Assembly (NCBI GenBank): GCA_041640655.1
Contig: JBEPZV010000003.1
Span: forward strand, 1 to 64,000
Source: a bacterium
GTDB taxonomy: Bacteria > Acidobacteriota > Blastocatellia > HR10
Direction of reading: 5' to 3'
Length of the DNA: 64,000 nucleotides
Both the position numbers and the translations under genes were made by a program. Shown here piece by piece: positions 18,959 to 29,409 of this stretch (positions are counted from its first letter, which is position 1; each line of letters begins with the position of its first letter). Below the pieces are notes generated by a model, which was not told the origin of the DNA, ran no database searches, and saw nothing but the letters and a program-made list of their open reading frames with translations.

Positions 18959-21768
18959 CGGTTCTCCTCCCGACCCAGAAACACGGCCAGGTCTAAAAAT
19001 CGGGCGAGATCGTCCAGACCGACCCTGCACTCGAAAAGCCTCAAGAGTCCATCGTCGAGGAGCCGACGGGCCGTCTCGCCCTTCTCATCCTTTGACAGCC
19101 GCTCATTGAGGTGACGCGCGAGCAACCGATGCGCCTCTTCCTTGACCGCTTCTTGGGGAAGGCCCGCGAGGGCGCGGGCTTCTTCGCGGAAGACGTAGGC
19201 GAATTTCGGCGAGACGTCGTCTCTCCTGAAGGCATCGCGCCACTCGATCAAGCACCGAAGCGTATCCACGTGCAGGGAGTCGCCTTTCTCGTAGTACCAT
19301 TTCGCGCCGAACGATTCGTGGCCGCCCGACCGCTTCATGAGCGCGATGGAGAAGGCATCTCGGCCAAGCGCTTCTTTCGCTCGCTTCTCTTCCGCTCGCG
19401 CGGCGTTGAGCGTCTGTCCGAGGTCCTGCATGTGATGGGCGATGGCCACGCCCATGCTCGCCGTAGCCGACATGCCCATCGTGAGCCGAAAACCCGTCTC
19501 CGTTCGGACGAACCCGGAACCGGCGATCCAATCCACCTCGTTCGCGTCGCCCCTGAGTGCGCCGGTGAAATAGGCGCGCAGCTTGCGCATCACTTCCGGC
19601 AGATCGCCGAGCGAGACGAACGCCAGCACGTCATCGCCGCCGGCGTAGATCAGCTTGCCCAGATGCTGCTCCTCCACGATCTCCCGAACGGTGCGAAGCG
19701 AATAATCGCGCAGGGCTTTGCTGATGGCCAGATGGAGCGAGGGATTGAGCGGGCGTGTCATGGCTCCCAGCTTTTGCCACTCGCCATCAAGCCCCAGTTC
19801 GTTCCACACGTTCGGATGAAGAATTTCCCGGAGCTGTGGAGCGAATTCGCCCGCCAGCCATTTACCCATCTGATCGCCATCCATCGCCAGGACGGCGTAA
19901 TAGCGCGACGGCTGCCCCAGGCCCTGACGCCGCGCGAAATCAAGCAGCTCCGAGAGGGCCTTCAAAGCCTCTGCTCGTGCGGATTCCATGCCAGCGGGAT
20001 CGTCCCTCCATCGCTCGACCAGTTCGCGCTGGAGATCGCGCTTGTTGAACGACTCTTCGAAAAGCCAGTCTCCGTCCAGGCGGGCGAAGTCCCATGGCAG
20101 GTCGGGAATCCTCCGATGCGCACGAGCTGCCGTCTTCGCCACGCGGGAGAGAGGCGCGCTCTTCGCCCGCTCATCTCCCAGCAGAGTGCGCACGCGCGTC
20201 ACGTACCGGTTCACCCGGTCGAACAACTGCACATCTCCATCCGAGAGCGCTTCGATGACGCGCTCCTTGAAAGAAGAAGTGGCCACCGTGCTGGTCGAGG
20301 GGAACAACGTCTCAATGTCCCAGCCAAGCCCGCCTTCTTCCGTGGAAGCTCTGAAGTAATAAGCCGCTGCCAGGCGCTTGGTGAGCGCGATGGCGCTCAG
20401 TCGCTCGCCGCTCCGCAGCATCGGGAGCCGAGGGAGCATCCGCCGATTCCAGAACTCGCGGAGCTTGCCGAAATCCGTCTGCTCGGCCAGATGCACCGGC
20501 TCCAGCTCGGCAAACATCGTGCACTTGAAATGCGGCTCGACCTGCTGAGCGAAGTCTCGCGTGGCCTTTCGACTGCCCAGGGCGCGTTCGGTCAGCGCGT
20601 AGAGCTTGCTGTAGCAGGTGCCGATGTTCGGTGTGTAACCCGTCCTCTCGTATTGCTCGACGATGGCGGCGAACTCCCACGGTTCTTGCTGCGGCGAGCA
20701 CCACGTCTTGAACGCCTCGAGAAACTGCTTGTAATCCCCTCCCCACGGAAGGACGGCCCAATACGTCTCCAGAAAGTTTTCGACTTGCCGTTGCCAGATG
20801 CGATTCCACTCGTCGTCTGGAGTGATGCCAGCTTCTCGCTCGACGCGCCGTTTCACGGTGAAGCAGATCGTTTTGAAGGCTTCGCGGACGCTCTTGACAA
20901 CTTGTTGAGCGATATTTGCTGCCTCATCCTCCGGCAGGATGGCCAGGAAGCGATTGGGCAACGTGGGGGAGGAGAGCATCTCTTCGGTCGGCCGCTCCCG
21001 CTCGATGAAGCGCAATCCTTTCTCCTCGATCAACCAGAGATCGGCAAACGGCTGTCCGCACAGATCGGGGAAGATGATCGCGTCGGGCCCCCACGCTTCG
21101 GCGACGACTTTCATCGCCTGCCAGGAGAGAAACGAGAGCAGGTAGCTTCCGGCCCACAGGTCTTGCGTCTTGCGCGCCGTGGCGATGAAACTCTGCACGG
21201 GTCCGAGGGCGAACAGCAGAAATGCGGGCTTGGGCAAAGCTCCGGCGATGGCCGAGGTCACGCGGCGATGCTCCCAGATAGAGTGATCGGGCACGCGCGT
21301 ATCGGCCGGGAGCACTTCCCACAGTTGCCCCATGCCGTCGCGTGCGCGCCTGGCTTCGAGCCGGGGAAGCAACTCGCGCCAGAGCGCGAGATAGAGCTGC
21401 TCCAGGTTGCCACCATAGTCTTCCCGCAACTCGTCGAACACTGCGTCCACAGAGTCCATGACTTTGCCATAGTCCACCGCCACGAGCGATCGGATGGAAA
21501 ATTGCTTGCCCGAGAGTGGATGCACGATCAAGGGATTCTGCGGCCAATCGGTCGGAAAGCCCCGGAGGTTCACGCGATCGGCTGCCGAGGCGATGCGATC
21601 GGCCGTTTTGACTTCGTCCGGGATCGCGCCGTCGAGTCCGAGTCTTTCCATCAACGCTTTGGCCCGCCCCTCATGCCCGCCGTTGATCGTGCGTCCCAGG
21701 ATGAGCGCCTTCTCCGGCGGATCATGGAGCAACGCGCGAATTTTGCGGAGCAAGACGTCTCGGTTCAT
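18955..21768 (-). CDS. cmr2: type III-B Cas10/Cmr2
   Basis: LLHDPPEK, PADTRVPDHSIWEH, GPVQSFIATARKTQDLWAGS, MDGDQMG, YAGGDD. Confidence 0.96.
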   Translation of the reverse strand: MNRDVLLRKIRALLHDPPEKALILGRTINGGHEGRAKALMERLGLDGAIPDEVKTADRIASAADRVNLRGFPTDWPQNPLIVHPLSGKQFSIRSLVAVDYGKVMDSVDAVFDELREDYGGNLEQLYLALWRELLPRLEARRARDGMGQLWEVLPADTRVPDHSIWEHRRVTSAIAGALPKPAFLLFALGPVQSFIATARKTQDLWAGSYLLSFLSWQAMKVVAEAWGPDAIIFPDLCGQPFADLWLIEEKGLRFIERERPTEEMLSSPTLPNRFLAILPEDEAANIAQQVVKSVREAFKTICFTVKRRVEREAGITPDDEWNRIWQRQVENFLETYWAVLPWGGDYKQFLEAFKTWCSPQQEPWEFAAIVEQYERTGYTPNIGTCYSKLYALTERALGSRKATRDFAQQVEPHFKCTMFAELEPVHLAEQTDFGKLREFWNRRMLPRLPMLRSGERLSAIALTKRLAAAYYFRASTEEGGLGWDIETLFPSTSTVATSSFKERVIEALSDGDVQLFDRVNRYVTRVRTLLGDERAKSAPLSRVAKTAARAHRRIPDLPWDFARLDGDWLFEESFNKRDLQRELVERWRDDPAGMESARAEALKALSELLDFARRQGLGQPSRYYAVLAMDGDQMGKWLAGEFAPQLREILHPNVWNELGLDGEWQKLGAMTRPLNPSLHLAISKALRDYSLRTVREIVEEQHLGKLIYAGGDDVLAFVSLGDLPEVMRKLRAYFTGALRGDANEVDWIAGSGFVRTETGFRLTMGMSATASMGVAIAHHMQDLGQTLNAARAEEKRAKEALGRDAFSIALMKRSGGHESFGAKWYYEKGDSLHVDTLRCLIEWRDAFRRDDVSPKFAYVFREEARALAGLPQEAVKEEAHRLLARHLNERLSKDEKGETARRLLDDGLLRLFECRVGLDDLARFLDLAVFLGREENR

Positions 21769-22946
21769 AGCCAGCTCCTCACATCAAGGTAGCTGCCGAA
21801 TTGATTGCGAAATTGCTCGATCACGCTCTGTCGAACCGTAGCATCGGGAGGACTCGTGAGCTGTGGCCTCTGCTTCGCGCCCTTGGATTGGTCTTTGATC
21901 TTCAACCTCTCTCCGCTCGGCAGAAAAGAAGACCTGAAGTGGATCAAAACCAGCGCGATTCTTCCATCGCCCAGCTTGAGGAAACGAAGCAGAAGCGGCG
22001 AGGCTCGCCGGGTGAAATACTCCGTTTCGACCATCGCCTGCTTGTCCGGCGCCGAGCGATAGCGAAACTGCAGCGGCAGCCCGAACGCCGGCCTCTCCAA
22101 CGTCGGCGACCGACCCGCGTTCAAGTAGTCGTCGAGCACCGAGGGAAAATCAGGACTTCGCTTATACCGAAACTGCTGGAATCTCTTCCCCGCCTGTTCC
22201 ATTGCGTTGAGAGCGTCGCTCCACGCGCTCTGAATGATCCAGATGTCCGCGCAATCTGGATGAAGGATGGGGAAGTCCACGCTGCCGCTTGGTGCCTTCG
22301 TCGGCAGCGCATTTAGTCGAGCAACGAGATCGCGGATTTTCTTCAAGCCGTTTTCAAGATGCGCTTTCAGGGCTTCCGGGCTGTTGACGCCGGTCAGCGT
22401 GAAGTCCGGGAAATCCTTCAGCACGATCGCCTCGTCTCTCACTTCTCTCACCTGAATGTTCCCTCCACCGCGTCGTGCGCGGGTTCCGAGCCCGCCCAAA
22501 CGCGTCCAGCACCAGAGGGCGCAGGATGCGAGCTGCAACACCTTCTCAGCCTCTTTGTCGAACGAGACAAACTCCAGCGTGAAGGTCGTGCCCACGTCGG
22601 CGTAGGGACGCTGATTCCCGCCGAGTTGAGTGGAATAGAGGAGATAGGTCAGCCCGGGGCGGCGAGCGAGATCGAGCTCACTGTTTTGCTTGATCCGCCC
22701 GCCGGCCCAGCGAATGTCTTTCACTCTCACAAGCAGCGAAGACCCGCGCTCCTCTTTGCCGAAAACCCGGCTCTCCAGCTCATGCAGTCGGTTCGATTTC
22801 ATGACTCCCACTCCGCCGAGGAGCGCGCGGTACCAATAGCGCAACTGTCCGCGAAGGCTCGCGGCGCGCAGTTCGACGGCGTCTTGGTCATTGCCCGCGA
22901 GAAACAGCGGGGTGATCGTCTCCAGCGTGAAGCGCAGCCTTTTCAT
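21765..22946 (-). CDS. cmr1: type III-B RAMP Cmr1
   Basis: TITPLFLAG, LRAASLRGQLRYWYRA, LGGLGTRARRGGG, AFGLP, RRASPL. Confidence 0.93.
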   Translation of the reverse strand: MKRLRFTLETITPLFLAGNDQDAVELRAASLRGQLRYWYRALLGGVGVMKSNRLHELESRVFGKEERGSSLLVRVKDIRWAGGRIKQNSELDLARRPGLTYLLYSTQLGGNQRPYADVGTTFTLEFVSFDKEAEKVLQLASCALWCWTRLGGLGTRARRGGGNIQVREVRDEAIVLKDFPDFTLTGVNSPEALKAHLENGLKKIRDLVARLNALPTKAPSGSVDFPILHPDCADIWIIQSAWSDALNAMEQAGKRFQQFRYKRSPDFPSVLDDYLNAGRSPTLERPAFGLPLQFRYRSAPDKQAMVETEYFTRRASPLLLRFLKLGDGRIALVLIHFRSSFLPSGERLKIKDQSKGAKQRPQLTSPPDATVRQSVIEQFRNQFGSYLDVRSWL

Positions 22947-23117
22947 CGTGTCCTCCTCATGCGGTGTCAACTTTAGCCGAACGGCTGCTCCCCGATCTAC
23001 GGCGGCAACCTTTCGGCAATCTTTCACTCCCCCGGTCTCGCGCCCCATCGGCCGCGGCGGGGCTGATCCTCCATCAGGGCGAAGTTCTCCTGACCACGCT
23101 CCGGACGAACGTGGACA

Positions 23118-24146
23118 TCAGGGATGGGCGTTCCGAACGTCGGACTCCGCGTCCATGATCTCGTATTTCCCCAGGCCGAAGGTGGTGCCGGTGCCGACGT
23201 GCAAGAGTTCGCCGACGATGAGGAGAGGGAGGAAGAGGGCATGATCTTGCTCGCTCAACTCGTATTCGACTTCGCCGATGAATCCGCCCAGGCGCATCTT
23301 CGTTCGCTGCCGATGCGAATATCGCTCCCAATCGCGCCAGGCGAGCACCTGGCGAAGGGTCGGGATCGCGCGCGCGCGTTCGATCCACGGGTGAGGATCG
23401 AGGCAAGGCGCCTCCTCCCCATGTACGAGGACAAGCTGCCACAATCGGCGGAGCAGGCTGCGCACGAGCAGATCGAAAGGCAGGTCGGCTTGCAGATCAC
23501 CGCCGACGCGCAGGCGCAGAGGGGTCAGCAGGCGAAGCCGCAGGCGTGTCGCTGATCGGCGGGCGAGTCGCCGTTGTCGCTCCCGGATGAATTCATCCAA
23601 GCGCGGCGCGCCAGCGTCCCATGTGAGACGGCCGGAGGAGCCATCGTAGATTGCGGTTGAGCGATCCTCGGCATCACGGGCGAAGACAGCATCGAGCACG
23701 AAGCGCGCGCGTCCCTGTCCGATCCCCATTCGTCCGGCCCGGTCGGCCGCCAGGATCAGATGCGGCAGAGAGGACACGGCTCGCCCCAACAGCAGAAGAC
23801 CGAACGTCACCGATTCGCCCGCGGCGTAATGCTCTTTCTCCTCAAGCGGAGGCTCCAGCACATAAGGATGCGGCGCCGCGCGCTGTCCGCGAAAGACGGA
23901 GACCTCCACCGGTGGCGATGTCTCGAACATGTAGGGATAACGGCAACTGGAGCGCACCATGCAGCGTTCACAGAGCCCGTCGGGACGAATGCAAACGACG
24001 CGTTTGAACGCCCATCCCAAAGCGCCGCGCAGGGTCGAGCCTTTGAAGCGCGGAAGCCGCGCGCTCTCCTGCGCGCGCCAGTGGAAGTCGAAGACGCCGA
24101 CGCGCAACGCGCGGGCGAACGTCACGATGTCCGATGGCGATGGCAT
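23118..24146 (-). CDS. cas6: crRNA-processing endoribonuclease Cas6
   Basis: GSTLRGALG, Cys cluster CIRPDGLCERCMVRSSC, PHPYVL, TPLRL, C-terminal HVGTGTTFGLG loop; alternative GTG start at 24185. Confidence 0.92.
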   Translation of the reverse strand: MPSPSDIVTFARALRVGVFDFHWRAQESARLPRFKGSTLRGALGWAFKRVVCIRPDGLCERCMVRSSCRYPYMFETSPPVEVSVFRGQRAAPHPYVLEPPLEEKEHYAAGESVTFGLLLLGRAVSSLPHLILAADRAGRMGIGQGRARFVLDAVFARDAEDRSTAIYDGSSGRLTWDAGAPRLDEFIRERQRRLARRSATRLRLRLLTPLRLRVGGDLQADLPFDLLVRSLLRRLWQLVLVHGEEAPCLDPHPWIERARAIPTLRQVLAWRDWERYSHRQRTKMRLGGFIGEVEYELSEQDHALFLPLLIVGELLHVGTGTTFGLGKYEIMDAESDVRNAHP

Positions 24147-24327
24147 GAGAACGCTCCGCGTCCGCTCACGAGCCTCTCCGCGCACCCGTCATCGGAGAAT
24201 GGAGCGAGAATCAGGAGATCTCACACATTTGCTGTGCTCCCACCACGCGACCGAGGATCCGCGCCCCGGCCGGCGAAGATCAGGAGAACCCACTGCCACC
24301 TCACCGTCGCCGTGAAGTGACGGCCTC

Positions 24328-24356
24328 ATTGTAGAGAAAGCGCCATGGCTTGTCAA
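24328..24356 (-). promoter_or_regulatory. sigma70 promoter upstream of cas6
   Basis: TTGACA-17 nt-TACAAT on minus strand. Confidence 0.75.
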
Positions 24357-24375
24357 TGATTCTCTTCACCACCGT

Positions 24376-24405
24376 TTGACGCTTGAACGCGACGACCGGT
24401 ATCAT
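24376..24405 (+). promoter_or_regulatory. Divergent sigma70-like promoter for the esterase
   Basis: TTGACG-18 nt-TATCAT. Confidence 0.5.
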
Positions 24406-24420
24406 CACGAAGCGCGCGCA

Positions 24421-25995
24421 ATGGTGAGAACAGCGATCGCTGAGCGTGTCCTTCGACGGACGGCGATTCCCCTCGCCCTCGTCGCGGTCTTCGTGATGAC
24501 GTCCGGTCTTCGTAGTCGTCCCTCCTCGCTCCGTTTCGAGGTGACGATGGCCCCCGGACTGCTCGATGCCCCGCGGACGGGACGGCTGCTCCTGGTCATC
24601 GGCTCGCGTTCGGAGCCGGAGCCGCGCTTCGCCATCGGGCATCCGGAACGTCGCGACGTTCTCGTCTTCGGGCGCGATGTTCGAGATTTCGGCCCCGGGC
24701 ATCGCGCCGTCGTGGACGACACGGCGATCGGCGTGCCGATCGAGCGCCTGTCTCAGGTCCCGGCCGGTGAGTACTTCGTCCAAGCGGTCTTCATGTGGAA
24801 TCCAGACATTCGGCGACCGGATGCGCCCGGCAATCTCTACAGCGCCGTTCATCGCGTGCGTCTGGATCCCGCGCGAGGAGACGCGGTGCGCCTGGAGCTG
24901 ACGCGCGCGATTCCCGAGGAGACGCCGCCGGAGACCGAGCAGGTGAAGTTCGTGACGATTCGATCCGAGCTACTCAGCGCGTTTCACAATCGGCCCATCC
25001 ACCTGCGCGCCGGTGTGATCCTGCCGCGCGACTATGCGCGCGAGCCCGAACGTCGTTATCCGCTGCGCGTGCACATTGGCGGATTTGGGACGCGCTACAC
25101 ACACGTGCTTCGTCTGATGGCCGAGGGCTCGGAGTTTCGGCGCGCCTGGATGGCCGAGGATGCGCCGCGGATGATCCTGCTGCATCTGGATGGGGCCAGC
25201 CCCTATGGGGATCCGTACTCCGTGAACTCGGCCAATAATGGCCCCTACGGCGATGCCCTCGTGCGGGAGTTGATCCCGTATGTGGAGCGCACGTTTCGCG
25301 CGATCGGCCGGCCGGAGGCGCGTGTGCTCGACGGAGGCTCGACCGGAGGATGGGTCGCGCTCGCGCTGCAGATCTTCTATCCCGATGTCTTCAACGGCGC
25401 GTGGGCCGCATGTCCCGACAGCGTGGACTTCCGCGCCTTCCAGCTCATCAACATCTATGAGGACGAGAACGCGTACGTGAACCGATATGGATTCGAACGG
25501 CCGAGCGCGCGCGATCTCCGCGGCGATGTGCGGTTCACCATGCGATATGAGTGTCAGATGGAGAACGTCATGGGGTTGGGCGACAGCTACGCGATGTCGG
25601 GCGGACAATGGGGATCGTGGAATGCCGCTTATGGCCCGCGGGGCGCCGATGGTCATCCCGTGCCCTTGTGGGATCCGAAGACCGGGAGAATCAATCGGGA
25701 GGTGGTCGAGCATTGGAAGCAGTATGATCTGCGCCTCGTCCTGGAGCGGAACTGGCCGACGCTCGGCCCGAAGCTGCGGGGGAAGCTTCGCATCTGGGTG
25801 GGGGAGGCCGACGATTATTTCCTCAACAACGCCGTCTATCTGTTGGAGGAATTCTTGAAGCGGGCCGATCCTCCGGCCGATGCGCGAATCGTCTACGGAC
25901 CGCGTCGCGGCCACTGCTGGCGTGGGGTGAGCGAGCGCGAGCTGATGCGGGAGATGGCCGAGGCGATTGAGCGCGCCCTCGGGCGAGCGCGTTGA
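24421..25995 (+). CDS. alpha/beta-hydrolase fold esterase (enterochelin-esterase-like), probably exported
   Basis: NSANNGPYGDAL, GGSTGG nucleophile elbow, N-terminal hydrophobic segment. Confidence 0.8.
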   Translation: MVRTAIAERVLRRTAIPLALVAVFVMTSGLRSRPSSLRFEVTMAPGLLDAPRTGRLLLVIGSRSEPEPRFAIGHPERRDVLVFGRDVRDFGPGHRAVVDDTAIGVPIERLSQVPAGEYFVQAVFMWNPDIRRPDAPGNLYSAVHRVRLDPARGDAVRLELTRAIPEETPPETEQVKFVTIRSELLSAFHNRPIHLRAGVILPRDYAREPERRYPLRVHIGGFGTRYTHVLRLMAEGSEFRRAWMAEDAPRMILLHLDGASPYGDPYSVNSANNGPYGDALVRELIPYVERTFRAIGRPEARVLDGGSTGGWVALALQIFYPDVFNGAWAACPDSVDFRAFQLINIYEDENAYVNRYGFERPSARDLRGDVRFTMRYECQMENVMGLGDSYAMSGGQWGSWNAAYGPRGADGHPVPLWDPKTGRINREVVEHWKQYDLRLVLERNWPTLGPKLRGKLRIWVGEADDYFLNNAVYLLEEFLKRADPPADARIVYGPRRGHCWRGVSERELMREMAEAIERALGRAR

Positions 25996-26091
25996 CAGCT
26001 CACGCGCGACTGTGCCATCAATAACCGTTTGCGGCCGACCCGATTCTCACGCGGATCGGCGATGACTCTTCGGAACGGAAGGAGGAGGGCG

Positions 26092-26454
26092 ATGACACCA
26101 TTGGCCGAGATGAAATGCGAGGCGTGCCGCGGCGATGCTCCCCCGCTCAGCGATGCGGAGATCGCGGCGCTCGCTCCTCAGGTGCCGCAGTGGACGATCG
26201 TCGAGCGGGATGGGATCAAACGCTTGGAGCGCACGTTCCGGTTCCGGGATTTCGCCGAAGCGCTCGCCTTCACGAATAAGGTCGGCGAGCTGGCCGAGGC
26301 GGAAGATCACCATCCGGCGATCCTGACCGAATGGGGGCGCGTCACCGTCACCTGGTGGACGCATAAGATTCGCGGGCTGCACCGCAACGACTTCATCATG
26401 GCGGCGAAGACGGATCGGCTCTACGCGGAGGTCTCTGCATCCCGATCCGAATGA
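26092..26454 (+). CDS. phhB: pterin-4-alpha-carbinolamine dehydratase
   Basis: [31 protein letters not shown]. Confidence 0.92.
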   Translation: MTPLAEMKCEACRGDAPPLSDAEIAALAPQVPQWTIVERDGIKRLERTFRFRDFAEALAFTNKVGELAEAEDHHPAILTEWGRVTVTWWTHKIRGLHRNDFIMAAKTDRLYAEVSASRSE

Positions 26455-26474
26455 GCGCGCCAGGAGAAGGAGCG

Positions 26475-27278
26475 ATGGAGCGATTTCAGGGAAGGGCGCT
26501 CTCGTGGGAGGCGAAGGATGGTGTCGTCGAGCTCACGCTGCATCGCGAACCGTGCAATGAGATCGGTTCGGTGATGCTGGAGGAACTGGAGCGGTTCGCC
26601 GCCGTCTTGGATGTCCTGGCCGAGCGCGCGCGCGTCATCCTCCTCTACAGTGCGGTGCGCTGCGGATTCAGCGCCGGTGCCGATCTGCGCGAACTCTACG
26701 AGCGCGCCCGAGATTTGGACGTGGCCGCGCGCGTGGACGCCGTGCGCGCGTTTCTGGAACGCATCCACCACGTCTTCAATCGGCTGGATGCGACGCCGCT
26801 GGTGACCATTGCGGCCGTGCACGGCGTGGTATTCGGCGGGGGATTGGAGTTGGCGCTTGTGTGCGATCTCATCATCGCGGACAGGATGGCGCGCTTTGGC
26901 TTCCCGGAGCTGCGCCTGGGGCTGATTCCCGGCTTCGGCGGCATCCCGCGTCTGAAGCGAGATGTGGGCAATGCTGTGGTGCGAGACCTCTTGCTCACCG
27001 GACGCACGGTGAATGCCACGCGCGCGCATGCCGCGGGATTGGTCAGCCAACTCGTGGCCGAAGGGCAGGCGCTCGCCGTGGCCCGGACGACGGCGGCCCA
27101 GATCACGAAATTCGACGATGCGGCGCGTCGGACGGCGAAGCGCTTCATCAAGCCCATCCCCTTCGACGAGCTACGCCGGGAGATCGAACTCTTCTGCGAG
27201 CTGCTGGCGCGCCCCGAAGTGATGGAGAACCTGCGGCGTTTCGTCGAGAGTCGAAGTCCGCTCCCCTACCTCCCGTGA
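26475..27278 (+). CDS. enoyl-CoA hydratase/isomerase family protein
   Basis: FSAGADL, GGGLELAL, FGFPELRLGLIPGFGG. Confidence 0.9.
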   Translation: MERFQGRALSWEAKDGVVELTLHREPCNEIGSVMLEELERFAAVLDVLAERARVILLYSAVRCGFSAGADLRELYERARDLDVAARVDAVRAFLERIHHVFNRLDATPLVTIAAVHGVVFGGGLELALVCDLIIADRMARFGFPELRLGLIPGFGGIPRLKRDVGNAVVRDLLLTGRTVNATRAHAAGLVSQLVAEGQALAVARTTAAQITKFDDAARRTAKRFIKPIPFDELRREIELFCELLARPEVMENLRRFVESRSPLPYLP

Positions 27279-27291
27279 TCCCCACTCGGCG

Positions 27292-28506
27292 TCATCCCCC
27301 CTCCAGTTGCGCCAGGACGCGAGCGGCGACGATCTGCCCGATGCGGAGCGCGGCGGTCGCCGCGGGTGAGGGGGCGTTCAACACGTGCACCATGCGCTCG
27401 GCTTCGAGAATGTGAAAATCGTCCACGAGCCGACCCGACGGATCCACGGCCTGAGCGCGCACGCCGGATGCCGCCGGACGCAGATCCTGCGCTCGAACCT
27501 CGGGGACGAGTCGCGCCAGCGCTCGCGCGAACGCGCGTCGGCTGAAGCTGAGCACCACTTCGCGCACGCCCGCGCGCCCATGCCGCAGGATCAAACGCCA
27601 GAAGCCGGAAAAGGCGAGCATCTCTCCGACGTCTCGCGCCGAGACGCTCCAGCGCGTATACCCCTCGCGTTTGAGCGCGAGGACGGCGTTCGGGCCGACG
27701 TCCACACGGCCATCCACGCGACGGGTGAAGTGAACGCCGAGAAAGGGCAGCTCGGGATCAGGAACGGGGTAGATGAGGTTCCTCACCAAAGATCGCCGTT
27801 CGGGGATCAGCTCGTAGTACTCACCACGAAACGGGATGATGCGCAGCTCGGGATGCAGGCCGCATAAGCGCGCGATGCGATCAGCGTGAAGGCCAGCGCA
27901 ACCGACCAGAACGCGGCAGGCGATCTCGCCCGCTGTCGTCTCTGCGATGATCTCGCGCCTCAAGCGACGCACGCCGAAGACGCGGGCACTGGTTCGCACT
28001 TCCCCACCGCGCTCGCCGATCACGCGAGCGAGCGCCTGCGCGACGAGCGCGTAATCGGTGATGCCCGTCTCCGGAACCCAGAGGGCCGCCTGTCCGCGCG
28101 CATGTGGCTCGTATGCGGGGATCTCTTCCGCCCGCACCCATCGAAGGCCGCGCAAGCCATTGATATGACCGCGCCGCTCGAGATCAGCCAGGATGGGCAG
28201 CTCGCGCGCGGATGTGGCGATGACCAGCTTCCCGCAGCGCTCGTGCGGAATCTGCTGCTCTTCCAGAAAGCGATAGAGCGCCTGGCGCCCCTCGACGCAG
28301 GTGCGCGCTTTCAGAGAGCCGGGGCGATAGTAGAGCCCGGAATGGATGACGCCGCTATTCCGCCCGCTCTGATGCGCAGCCACGCGCGGCTCGGCTTCTA
28401 AGACGACGAGCGCGCATCGAGGCGACGCCTCCAGGAGGGCTCGCGCCGTCGCCAGCCCCAGAAGGCCACCACCGATGATGGCGACGTCATAAGGCCGCGA
28501 ACTCAC
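27292..28506 (-). CDS. lhgO: L-2-hydroxyglutarate oxidase
   Basis: GGGLLG, HQSGRNSGVIHSGLYY, PFRGEY, PFLGVHFT, GVRAQA, NAPSPAATA. Confidence 0.9.
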   Translation of the reverse strand: MSSRPYDVAIIGGGLLGLATARALLEASPRCALVVLEAEPRVAAHQSGRNSGVIHSGLYYRPGSLKARTCVEGRQALYRFLEEQQIPHERCGKLVIATSARELPILADLERRGHINGLRGLRWVRAEEIPAYEPHARGQAALWVPETGITDYALVAQALARVIGERGGEVRTSARVFGVRRLRREIIAETTAGEIACRVLVGCAGLHADRIARLCGLHPELRIIPFRGEYYELIPERRSLVRNLIYPVPDPELPFLGVHFTRRVDGRVDVGPNAVLALKREGYTRWSVSARDVGEMLAFSGFWRLILRHGRAGVREVVLSFSRRAFARALARLVPEVRAQDLRPAASGVRAQAVDPSGRLVDDFHILEAERMVHVLNAPSPAATAALRIGQIVAARVLAQLEGG

Positions 28507-28509
28507 TCG

Positions 28510-29409
28510 TCAGGTCTTTCTCAGGAGGTGGCGGAGGGCGCCCTCCAGGTCTGGATACTGGAAGACGAATCCTGAGGCCAGAAGTCGCATCGGTTCGACG
28601 CGCTGGCTGGCCAGAAGCAATTCTTCCCCCATTGGCCCGAAGAGCAGGCGCACGGCGAAGGCCGGCATGGGCAACAACGTCGGACGACCCAGAACGCGCC
28701 CCAGCGTGCGCACGAACTCGCGATTTCGGACCGGATCGGGAGCGACGACGTTGACTGGTCCGCGCAGAGGTTCCGTGAGCAGTGCATGCTGAATCGCGCG
28801 CACGACGTCATCTATGGCGATCCAGCTCCAATACTGTTGTCCGGAACCAATGGGCCCGCCCAAGCCGAGCCGGAAGGGAGGGAGCATTTGGGCCAGCGCC
28901 CCGCCTCGCGGGCTGAGGACGATGCCAAATCGAAGGATCGCGACACGAATGCCCTTTTGCGCAGCCGGCTCGGTCGCCGCTTCCCACTGCGCGGCCACGT
29001 CGGCGAGGAATCCGCGCCCGGGCGGACTCTCTTCGCGCAGCAGCTCATCGCCACGGTCCCCGTAATAGCCGATGGCCGAAGCCGAGACGAGCACGCTCGG
29101 CGGTCGTTCCAGCCGCGCGAGCGTCTCGGCGAGCAGTTGCGTACCCCGAACGCGGCTGTTCCGAATGCGCGCCTTCTTCTCCGCTGTCCAACGTCCGGCG
29201 ATGTTCTCCCCGGCCAGATGAACGACGGCGTCCACGCCCTCCAGCGCCGATGCCTCGAGTCTTCCGGCTTCCGGGTCCCACAGCACGACCATCTCGTCCG
29301 CGCGCAGTGGCGCGCGCGCCAATCGCACCACTTCATGCCCTCCGGCACGCAGAAAAGGGACAAGGGCTGATCCAATGAGGCCTGTGGAACCCGTCACGAG
29401 AACTCTCAT
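28510..29409 (-). CDS. TIGR01777 family NAD-dependent epimerase-like oxidoreductase
   Basis: VTGSTGLIG, HLAGENI, SASAIGYYG, GSGQQYWSWI, LLASQRV. Confidence 0.9.
   Translation of the reverse strand: MRVLVTGSTGLIGSALVPFLRAGGHEVVRLARAPLRADEMVVLWDPEAGRLEASALEGVDAVVHLAGENIAGRWTAEKKARIRNSRVRGTQLLAETLARLERPPSVLVSASAIGYYGDRGDELLREESPPGRGFLADVAAQWEAATEPAAQKGIRVAILRFGIVLSPRGGALAQMLPPFRLGLGGPIGSGQQYWSWIAIDDVVRAIQHALLTEPLRGPVNVVAPDPVRNREFVRTLGRVLGRPTLLPMPAFAVRLLFGPMGEELLLASQRVEPMRLLASGFVFQYPDLEGALRHLLRKT

Noticed and set aside
22990..23015. GGCAA/TTGCC motifs upstream of cmr1, cas10 (about 9779-9790) and DUF4258 as a shared operator
   Set aside because: Too short and inconsistently spaced to distinguish from chance in GC-rich DNA
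24220..24304. Possible 27-aa leader peptide upstream of cas6
   Set aside because: GTG start with no clear RBS and no supporting similarity
1..24400. CRISPR array near the cas genes
   Set aside because: No regularly spaced 25-40 bp direct repeats found in any intergenic region by eye; an array may lie left of the window
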